Of a DNA stretch of 28,967 nt, positions 17,810 to 25,137 are shown piece after piece. The stretch spans positions 1 to 28,967 of the forward strand of contig JBHLMG010000027.1 of the NCBI GenBank assembly GCA_048938385.1. Direction: 5' to 3'. The translations under genes were made by a program, and so were the position numbers. Below the pieces are notes generated by a model. That model saw only the letters and a program-made list of their open reading frames with translations. It was not told the DNA's origin and did not search any database. Source of the DNA: Promethearchaeota archaeon (lineage in GTDB: Archaea > Asgardarchaeota > Hermodarchaeia > Hermodarchaeales > Hermodarchaeaceae). The stretch's first letter is position 1, and each line of letters starts with the position of its first letter.

Positions 17810-18520
17810 CTAATCCAGATATTCTAGAATTTCTGACAACGCCTTAATTGTTATAACGTTTTCCACTGAGCGTAGATTCAAGGGATCGAACAGCACAGGA
17901 ATTAACCCAGCGTTTCGCGCGCCCATTACATCGGCTCTAAGGCTATCCCCAACATGTATCGCTTGGGCCGGATTCCTTTCACCTATTTTTCGTAAGGCGA
18001 TTTCGAATATTTCTTTGTCAGGTTTCCAGGCGTTCACCTCAGCTGAGAGGATGATTGCGTCAAAATATTGGTGAATTCGGTGTTGCTGCAAGGATTGGCG
18101 TCTTTTGGGTACTAGCTCCATTTCGATATTTGATATGAGGCCAATTTTGATGCCCTTTTGTTTAATTCGTCTTAATGTATCTGCAGCCTCCGGGTAGATT
18201 TGGAACAGTCTTCCTTGTTCCCGGGTGTTGAATTCTTCATTTACGATTTCAAAACTACCTTCCGTATCTACACCCATGGCCTTAAGAACGGAGCAATTCA
18301 ACTTGTGCAGTTCATCTTCAGAAAGTTCCCGGAAGTCTTTGTCGATTTTGTCGAACTCTTGAATCTGGGTTCTTAGACCTCGTTGGATACGGGGATCATC
18401 CGGAGTGATGGTCACACCTAAACGCTTTGCGATCTTTGTCCAAATGACGGAGTTCGAGGGGTAATAATCAAACAAGGTTCCACCATGATCGAAGAAGACC
18501 GAAGATATTTTCCCTGTCAT
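17810..18520 (-). CDS. HAD superfamily hydrolase (subfamily IA)
   Basis: FFDHGGTL, GLISN, KPDKEIF, HVGDSLRADVMGA. Confidence 0.92.
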   Translation of the reverse strand: MTGKISSVFFDHGGTLFDYYPSNSVIWTKIAKRLGVTITPDDPRIQRGLRTQIQEFDKIDKDFRELSEDELHKLNCSVLKAMGVDTEGSFEIVNEEFNTREQGRLFQIYPEAADTLRRIKQKGIKIGLISNIEMELVPKRRQSLQQHRIHQYFDAIILSAEVNAWKPDKEIFEIALRKIGERNPAQAIHVGDSLRADVMGARNAGLIPVLFDPLNLRSVENVITIKALSEILEYLD

Positions 18521-18642
18521 GGTTCATCGCTTTTTACAAATCGTATTTGAGATGCTAGATAATTATCTGAGGTATGCCCTAACATGATAATTAACTACTT
18601 AAGGGATTTTACGATGGAATGCGAACCAATGGAGGAAGCAAA

Positions 18643-19044
18643 ATGTGTAGAAGGTCCACGCTAAAGAGTGCTAATCTCCACTCTGAGAAGTTTGAGTTCA
18701 AACAAGTGTTGGTTATTCGGACAGATTTGAAAATGAGCCGAGGAAAGATGGCCGTCCAGGCAGCTCATGCCGCTGTGTCCGCAGCCGAAGAGGCGCGAAA
18801 ACATCAGCCCGCAGCCTGGCGTCAGTGGTTGTGGGAAGGACAAAAGAAAGTTGCTGTGAAGGTGTCTGATGAATCCGCCCTGATAGCGCTTCGTGCGAAA
18901 GCGGAAAAGGCTGGACTTCCACTCCAACTAATTCGTGATCATGGGCTTACTGAGCTTCCACCAGGAACCACCACGGTTTTAGGTATTGGACCTGCGCGTA
19001 CTGACTCCATCGATAAACTCACGCGCGATTTACCCTTACTATGA
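18643..19044 (+). CDS. pth2: Peptidyl-tRNA hydrolase Pth2
   Basis: KQVLVIRTDLKMSRGKMAVQAAHA, GQKKVAVKV, DHGLTELPPGT, GIGP. ATG 18643 follows GGAGGA (track gives 18619). Confidence 0.95.
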   Translation: MCRRSTLKSANLHSEKFEFKQVLVIRTDLKMSRGKMAVQAAHAAVSAAEEARKHQPAAWRQWLWEGQKKVAVKVSDESALIALRAKAEKAGLPLQLIRDHGLTELPPGTTTVLGIGPARTDSIDKLTRDLPLL

Positions 19045-19053
19045 AGTGAGCAG

Positions 19054-20382
19054 GTGCGAACCAAAGAATACGATCAATTCATCGGGATGGAGACCTTCAC
19101 CGCCTCATCTCCAGGTATAGGTGGACGATTAAAACAGCATCCAGAGGATTTTGTTGTCCAGGAGATTGCTTTAGATGGCTCCATCGCACCGCTAGAACCT
19201 CAGACACACCCCTACCCCGATCAACGAGGGAAATTCACCGCTTTTTTCATGGTCAAGCGGAACGAGGATACCCTACAAGCGATTCGTCGACTTAGCCGTG
19301 TCGTTGGAGTTAGCTCCAAGCGATTCTCCTTTGCAGGTATCAAGGATCGACGAGCCGTGACATCCCAACAGGTCTCTTATCGTGGCCTGCCCCAGGATCT
19401 TGTGGGTCGACACATTCCTGGAATCCAAATTCTACACCCACATCGAGTGCCAAAACCCATTGTACCTGGAGCGTTGAGGGGTAACCGCTTTTCCCTTACC
19501 GTGCGAGACATCGAAGTTCCGGTTGCAGAGGCGCTCAGACGAATCGAGCAGATTCACCAAGAGATTGTGACAGTAGGAGGAGTACTCAACTTCTTTGGGC
19601 CTCAACGCTTTGGGGTCGTTCGTCCTACAACCCACCTTATAGGAAAACAGATTGTGTTAGCCAACTACGAAGAAGCCATTCGCATTCTCCTTGAAGGCAA
19701 CGCGGCAGATTATCCAAGCCTTCGCTCATCTTTTGAGGAAGAGTCGACTGAAAATGACGCACGCTATGTGGAGCCAGTGCAACAGGGAACCTATGAGAGA
19801 GCCATCCAGCATTATTTGAATAAACACCCAGGTGCTTATCACGAAAGCTTAACGGTGTTACCAAAAGACCTCGCCCGGCTCTATGTCCATGCCTACCAAT
19901 CCTACCTCTTTAATCGCACCTTAAGCAGACGGGTTCAGCAGGGAATATCTCTTCGTGTACCCACTGTCGGAGATTATACCATGCCTGTGCAAGGAAGGAT
20001 TAGCATGGTGCGACCAGTAACTAAAGACACAGTATCGCAAATGGAAAAGGCAGTCCTGGCAGGCAAACAGATGCTAGTCGTCCCTATTATCGGGTATGAT
20101 TTTGAGCATGTTGAGTTAGAGGGATCACCCGGAGACATCTTAACATCAATACTTATCGAGGAAGCCATCACACCCGGTCAGTTTCGGTTAAAGGCACTTC
20201 CGAAGTTGAGTTCGCGAGGGACATTTCGACCAGTTCTTGTAACTCCGGAAGAATTTCGCACCTCGCTAGATAAGGGCGGGAATGGGCCTGCCATTCAGGT
20301 AGGATTTGACTTGGCCAAAGGGAGTTACGCCTCCGTGGTGATGCGAGAGTTTATCAAGCCCGAATATCCCACGCAGTTGTAG
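19054..20382 (+). CDS. truD: tRNA pseudouridine-13 synthase TruD
   Basis: PEDFVVQEI, FAGIKDRRAVTSQ (catalytic Asp), GNRF, NFFGPQRFG, HAYQSYLFN, GSYASVVMRE. Confidence 0.95.
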   Translation: MRTKEYDQFIGMETFTASSPGIGGRLKQHPEDFVVQEIALDGSIAPLEPQTHPYPDQRGKFTAFFMVKRNEDTLQAIRRLSRVVGVSSKRFSFAGIKDRRAVTSQQVSYRGLPQDLVGRHIPGIQILHPHRVPKPIVPGALRGNRFSLTVRDIEVPVAEALRRIEQIHQEIVTVGGVLNFFGPQRFGVVRPTTHLIGKQIVLANYEEAIRILLEGNAADYPSLRSSFEEESTENDARYVEPVQQGTYERAIQHYLNKHPGAYHESLTVLPKDLARLYVHAYQSYLFNRTLSRRVQQGISLRVPTVGDYTMPVQGRISMVRPVTKDTVSQMEKAVLAGKQMLVVPIIGYDFEHVELEGSPGDILTSILIEEAITPGQFRLKALPKLSSRGTFRPVLVTPEEFRTSLDKGGNGPAIQVGFDLAKGSYASVVMREFIKPEYPTQL

Positions 20383-20390
20383 CGCTAGAA

Positions 20391-20900
20391 CTAATCAAAG
20401 ACTATTCGGATTCGTTCACCTGAGATTTCGTAGATAGCGGCTTCCAGTTGTTTAAGAGAAAGAGGGATGTTGTCGCGCTCGCGTTCACTTATGCGAACCT
20501 TTCGTTCGAAGGTGTTATCCGGAAGCCAAATAGTGTTGATCCCAAGAATCCGGACGGGGCGTATCAGGTCGCGAAGTACATTCTGTGGATTCCGACTTTC
20601 TTCGACAATGCGGACCTTCGTATTGAGATCGGTCTCTAGTTGTCGAAGAACCCGGCGTACGGGGCCAAGAATTCGTCGAAGATCGCCCTTACCTACTAAG
20701 ATTACAACGACTCCGTTAGTTTCGAAGGCTTGTTTAAAAGTGGCTTCTTTAATTGTTGGAAATTCGTCTTCAAGCTTGACAAGCGTACGAGCTACCTGAA
20801 TGTCAATGTCGGTAACTTCGCCTTCATCAATTTTCTTTTGACAATTCCCACAAATCAGAGGGTAGTTCTTCATGCAGATGGTGCAAAAGGGTGACTTCAC
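20391..20900 (-). CDS. Archaeal NusA-like KH-domain protein with N-terminal Cys cluster
   Basis: MKSPFCTIC...CGNCQKKIDEGEVTDIDIQV, degenerate KH loop, PVRILGINTIWLPD; matches the archaeal NusA-paralog family as recalled. Confidence 0.8.
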   Translation of the reverse strand: MKSPFCTICMKNYPLICGNCQKKIDEGEVTDIDIQVARTLVKLEDEFPTIKEATFKQAFETNGVVVILVGKGDLRRILGPVRRVLRQLETDLNTKVRIVEESRNPQNVLRDLIRPVRILGINTIWLPDNTFERKVRISERERDNIPLSLKQLEAAIYEISGERIRIVFD

Positions 20901-21085
20901 GATTTAACCTTCTATTCCCACAAAAGCTGAGTTGTGAGTGTATTTGCGAAAAGAAATGCTGAAAGATTAGAAAAAGGTTCCCATCTTTCAGTAAGCTACC
21001 TGGGTTGTCATTCGTGTCCGATTTACTTTACACAACAACAATCCTCAAAAAGGCGTTTTCCTATGCCACACACACTCTCTATTAG

Positions 21086-21586
21086 GTGTGGACGATATTG
21101 GAACTAGTTGACAGAGTTGTTAGATTAACTGAAAGACAGCTTGAGATTTTACGCAGGCTCTACCATGCTAGCACACCCATGTCCGTTCAGACTGTTACTC
21201 GGACCCAGAAACGGTTGTCTAAGGAACTGGGTATCACCCGACAGGCGCTGAGCAACCATTTACGGAAGCTTCGTGGCCTCAAATTAATTCGGACAGGTCG
21301 AGGATTCATTGACCTCTCACCAGATGCTTTACGGTTGCTTGGAAAATCAACTGACGAAGCGCTGGTTTTTCTAAAAGTGGAGCCCAAGTTTCGTGTACAA
21401 GTCTATGAACAAATACGGTTGCTCAAACCCCTTCGTCTTCACCGAGTGACTGGTTCCGTAGATATGGTCGTCGCCGTTAGCGGGGCTGAACTAGCCGAAT
21501 TCCTCTCCAAGGCAGCTGACATTACAGGCGTCGTTGAAACATCAACGCACACAGTTCTCACTACATGGACGCCTGAAGCAATTTAG
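21086..21586 (+). CDS. Lrp/AsnC-type transcriptional regulator (wHTH + RAM-like domain)
   Basis: LTERQLEIL, HTH TQKRLSKELGITRQALSNHLRKL, IRTGRGFIDL, RVTGSVDM, GVVETSTH. Start could be TTG 21098. Confidence 0.88.
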   Translation: MWTILELVDRVVRLTERQLEILRRLYHASTPMSVQTVTRTQKRLSKELGITRQALSNHLRKLRGLKLIRTGRGFIDLSPDALRLLGKSTDEALVFLKVEPKFRVQVYEQIRLLKPLRLHRVTGSVDMVVAVSGAELAEFLSKAADITGVVETSTHTVLTTWTPEAI

Positions 21587-21600
21587 ACGGGGTAGGAAAC

Positions 21601-22752
21601 ATGCGCCTTTTCGAATACGAAGCAAAGGAAGCGTTTCGCCAAGTAGGCATACCACTTCCCCCCTCCGGGCTGGCTAATACGCCTGAAGAAGCCGCCAAAA
21701 TCACAGCAGACCTGGCTTGTCCTGTCGTGATTAAGGCCCAAATACTGGCGGGAGGCCGAGGAAAAGCTGGTGGCATCAAATTCGCAAAAACCGTTGAGGA
21801 AGCAACATCTGTTGCCACAAATTTGCTGAAAATGACAATCCACGATCACCCCGTGCATCGTGTACTCATCGAGAAACAGTTAGACATCCAACAAGAAATC
21901 TATGTGGGTATCACCATCGATCGATCCCGTCGACGCCCCGTTGTTATTTGCAGCGCAATGGGTGGCGTAGACATCGAGCAAGTGGCTGAAGAACATCCTG
22001 AGCAAATTGCAAGGTTTTGGGTCAAGCCGCTTCTAGGACTGCGCGATTTCGAAGCCCGGCAAGTCGTAAAGGATGCTGGTTTTGAAGGGCGACTCATGCT
22101 CCAAATCGCCGGGATCCTGTTGAAGCTCTGGAAAGTTTTTGTCAAAAATGACGCTGAACTTACTGAAATTAACCCACTGGCTGTAACCAAGGAAGGAGCA
22201 TTGGTCGCGGCAGATGCTCGGTTGAATGTGGATGATAACGCGTTGTTTCGATACAAAGCCTTAGCTGAGCGGGTAAGTGCAGGCATCTCTGAGCAAACCG
22301 AGCTAGAACAACGCGCAAAGAAGCTCGGTATGACCTATGTAGAACTCGACGGAAACATCGGCATCATCGGCAATGGTGCCGGACTGGTAATGGCTACCAT
22401 GGATGCCGTCAAGTATTATGGTGGAGCACCCGCCAATTTTCTTGATGTCGGTGGTGGAGCGACGGCAGACCGAATGCGCCAGGCGCTTGATATCGTTCTC
22501 TCACACCCGGATGTTGAAGCGATATTCATCAACATTCTTGGAGGCATCACCCGCTGCGATGAAATGGCACGAGGCATTGTGGAAGCACAGAAATCGTTAC
22601 CTCGACAAGTACCCATAGTAATTCGCATGATTGGGACAAGGGAGAGGGAGGGAGCAGAAATCCTTGAAGCGGCACAGATTCCCTTCCTCAATTCGATGGA
22701 TTCAGCCGCACAGCGTGTTGTGGATCAAGCACAACAGGAGGGATCACCTTGA
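21601..22752 (+). CDS. sucC: Succinyl-CoA synthetase beta subunit
   Basis: MRLFEYEAK, KAQILAGGRGKAGG, EINPL, GNGAGLVMATMD, PANFLDVGGGA, NILGGITRCD. Confidence 0.97.
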   Translation: MRLFEYEAKEAFRQVGIPLPPSGLANTPEEAAKITADLACPVVIKAQILAGGRGKAGGIKFAKTVEEATSVATNLLKMTIHDHPVHRVLIEKQLDIQQEIYVGITIDRSRRRPVVICSAMGGVDIEQVAEEHPEQIARFWVKPLLGLRDFEARQVVKDAGFEGRLMLQIAGILLKLWKVFVKNDAELTEINPLAVTKEGALVAADARLNVDDNALFRYKALAERVSAGISEQTELEQRAKKLGMTYVELDGNIGIIGNGAGLVMATMDAVKYYGGAPANFLDVGGGATADRMRQALDIVLSHPDVEAIFINILGGITRCDEMARGIVEAQKSLPRQVPIVIRMIGTREREGAEILEAAQIPFLNSMDSAAQRVVDQAQQEGSP

Positions 22753-23618
22753 CGATTCTAATCGATAAAGAAACCCAAGTCGTTGTTCAAGGAATCACCG
22801 GTCGGGAAGGACAGTTCCATACACAAGCTATGAGAGATTACGGGACCAAGGTGCTGGCCGGGACCAGCCCTGGAAAAGGCGGTCAAGAGGTTGATGGAAT
22901 CCCCGTTTTTGATAGCGTCGCCGAAGCGAAGCAACAATTTCCTGCCCTCAACGCATCCATCATTTTCGTTCCAGCCCCATTTGCCGCTGATGCGGCTGCT
23001 GAAGCACTCGACGCAGAGCTCCAAGTTATTACCGTCATCACCGAACACATTCCAGTACATGACGAAATGCGCTTTATTGAACTAGCACGCCGCCAAAACA
23101 GCTACATAATCGGTCCTAACACCCCCGGAATCATTACGCCGGGGCATTGCAAGCTGGGAATTATGCCAGCCCATGTCTTCAAACCCGGACGCATAGGATT
23201 AATCTCACGCAGCGGAACCCTCACCTACGAAGTAGCAGCCAGTTTATCTGAAGCTGGATTTGGGCAATCCACGGCGTTAGGGTTAGGGGGTGATCCTATC
23301 GTGGGAATGTCTTTTGTTGATGCCCTCAAGCTCTTCGAAGCGGATAAGGGAACGGATGCCACTGTCCTCATTGGCGAAATTGGCGGAAGCGCCGAAGAAG
23401 AAGCCGCAGCCTACATCAAGGACCATGTGTCGAAACCGGTAATCGCCTACATCGCTGGACGAACCGCGCCAAAAGGGAAACGGATGGGCCATGCTGGAGC
23501 CATCGTCAGCGGTAAAACAGGTACCGCTGATGGAAAAATCCAAGCGTTGAAGAAAGCGGGCGTCACGGTGATTGAACGACCCATTGATGTCGATGAAACG
23601 CTGCAAACAATTCTCTAA
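22749..23618 (+). CDS. sucD: Succinyl-CoA synthetase alpha subunit
   Basis: VQGITGREG, ITEHIPVHD, SRSGTLTYE, GEIGG, RMGHAGA phospho-His; 4-nt overlap with sucC. Confidence 0.97.
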   Translation: MTILIDKETQVVVQGITGREGQFHTQAMRDYGTKVLAGTSPGKGGQEVDGIPVFDSVAEAKQQFPALNASIIFVPAPFAADAAAEALDAELQVITVITEHIPVHDEMRFIELARRQNSYIIGPNTPGIITPGHCKLGIMPAHVFKPGRIGLISRSGTLTYEVAASLSEAGFGQSTALGLGGDPIVGMSFVDALKLFEADKGTDATVLIGEIGGSAEEEAAAYIKDHVSKPVIAYIAGRTAPKGKRMGHAGAIVSGKTGTADGKIQALKKAGVTVIERPIDVDETLQTIL

Positions 23619-23631
23619 TTGCCGCGATACC

Positions 23632-23639
23632 CTTATAAG
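23632..23639 (+). promoter_or_regulatory. Putative TATA box for rpl40e-tRNA-Val
   Basis: CTTATAAG about 40 nt upstream of ATG 23678; AGGTG SD at 23666-23670. Confidence 0.5.
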
Positions 23640-23677
23640 TCACCGGAGGGAAGCGGACCCGCACTAGGTGAATAGGA

Positions 23678-23839
23678 ATGCCCGTCGCTGACCCAGAAAA
23701 ACGCCGAATTGCTCTACGCCACCTCTTGTATGTCACAGTTTGTCGTGATTGTGGCGCGAAGAATCCGTTTAAGGCCACCAAGTGTCGGCGGTGTCGGCGC
23801 AAGAATCTGCGACCAAAACGACGAGAACTAACAAAGTAG
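23678..23839 (+). CDS. rpl40e: 50S ribosomal protein L40e (53 aa, below the ORF-track cutoff)
   Basis: Manual translation: MPVADPEKRRIALRHLLYVTVCRDCGAKNPFKATKCRRCRRKNLRPKRRELTK; CxxCxAxN...CRRC...LRPK is the L40e signature. Confidence 0.95.
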   Translation: MPVADPEKRRIALRHLLYVTVCRDCGAKNPFKATKCRRCRRKNLRPKRRELTK

Positions 23840-23851
23840 GTAATCATTCGT

Positions 23852-23958
23852 GGGCCGGTAGTCTAGTGGCATGACGCCGCCCTCACAGGATTTAGCCTTC
23901 TTGGCTGAAGGCGAGGAAACGGCGGAGGTCGCGTGTTCAATTCACGCTCGGCCCACCA
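23852..23958 (+). tRNA. tRNA-Val(CAC) with a 32-nt intron and encoded CCA
   Basis: Acceptor GGGCCGG/TCGGCCC, discriminator A, CCA; D arm GTCTAGTGGCATGAC; anticodon stem CCGCC/GGCGG with CT-CAC (anticodon 23884-23886); T arm GCGTG-TTCAATT-CACGC; intron 23887-23918 (or 23888-23919). Confidence 0.92.
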
Positions 23959-24034
23959 CCTATACCTGCCAGGACTATCACAATGCTTTTAAGGCAGAGT
24001 TCTGCCTCGTTGCCATTCGTCATGGTGACCAAAA

Positions 24035-24229
24035 GTGCCGCGCGAGGTTCAAAGCGAAGAAGAATTTCTCGAACTCCTAGAACGGGCTAGTGAATGTCTT
24101 GTGAAACGGCTTCCAGATGCTGTCAAACTCAAGTTACGCACACCGCGCTACCTGTATACATTTAAGACGGATTCAGGTACGGCAGAACGCCTTTTAGCAG
24201 GAATGAAGATTCCCGTTTCTGATGTGTAA
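24035..24229 (+). CDS. rpl38e: Ribosomal protein L38e
   Basis: MPREVQSEEEFLEL..RA..C.VKR....VKLKLRTPRYLYT matches eL38; GGTGA SD before GTG. Confidence 0.9.
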   Translation: MPREVQSEEEFLELLERASECLVKRLPDAVKLKLRTPRYLYTFKTDSGTAERLLAGMKIPVSDV

Positions 24230-24248
24230 CTGCACTACGAGTAGACGG

Positions 24249-25124
24249 TTAAGGAAGGAAAGGGAACACCCAACGCAATAAGATTCCAATCCCTAGCCCA
24301 ATGAGACCTAGGGCGATCGGGATCGGAAGCCCTGCCATAATCCCGCGTTTTTCTAACAGTCTTAATGTGATGAGGAACCCTGCAACGACGCCTATCACAG
24401 CAAGAATCGCAGGAAGGAAGCCGAAATTCACGATGGACAGAACGGTAATCATACCGTAAAATGCCACATCACCAAGCCCAATGTCCCATTCGGAAGAGGA
24501 CACCGACAGAGCTGTGAGCTTATCGGGGTCGTCTTCGGTGAGTTCGACGATCTTACGTATGGGTCCCTTTTTCACTGAGTAGTAATCATAAATTGCTAAC
24601 CCAACGAGGAGCAGCACGCTGGTCCAGACAGGCAAGACCACACCCAAGAAGGCACCAACCCCTGACCCAAAGACGAGTAATGCGCCGTTCTTGAGCCGGT
24701 TCTGCGAGTCGACCATGATGAAGCAAAAAGTCGAGGTTATCGCAAAGGCAAAGCCGATGAGGCCGCCTAAGAGAGGGTCCACAAATTGGAACACGATTAA
24801 GAACAGATATCCAAAATAGGCGACGATGACGATGCTGATGAAGGTGAAGGCACCGATCAATAGATATCGCAGTAAATGTTCCTTTCCGTATTTGAGAAGG
24901 AGCACAACGAAGGTTGCACCAACAGTCGCTAACACCACGAAAAGAATAGCGTTCGCGATAGCTGCAAGGGGACCAAAGACAGATTCTGAGATAGGTTCAG
25001 CGTAAAGTCGAATGTCTGAAATCGCAACGATGATCCCTAGTAAACCTGCACCAATCATTGAAGTGAGTAAATTTCCAATGAGAGTCGCGCGGTCACCAGA
25101 AATTACAGGCATTTCTTCAGCCAT
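24249..25124 (-). CDS. Presenilin-family (A22) GxGD intramembrane aspartyl protease
   Basis: About 9 hydrophobic segments; catalytic LAIYD and IGLGD; C-terminal AGLP (PAL equivalent). Confidence 0.9.
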   Translation of the reverse strand: [291 protein letters not shown]

Positions 25125-25137
25125 TTAGGATCCTCCA

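Noticed and set aside
23563-23847. 94-aa Arg-rich minus-strand ORF
   Set aside because: Antisense shadow of rpl40e.
23883-23885. TCA triplet in the tRNA anticodon loop suggesting a Sec or opal-suppressor tRNA
   Set aside because: The CCGCC/GGCGG stem places CAC at 34-36. The short variable loop, 7-bp acceptor stem and A73 fit Val, not Sec.
23930-23990. tRNA 3' end as an integration site for a mobile element
   Set aside because: No integrase, no duplicated tRNA end seen, and a core ribosomal gene follows directly.
23871-24080. 69-aa ORF from the track
   Set aside because: Overlaps the tRNA and rpl38e; no recognisable motif.
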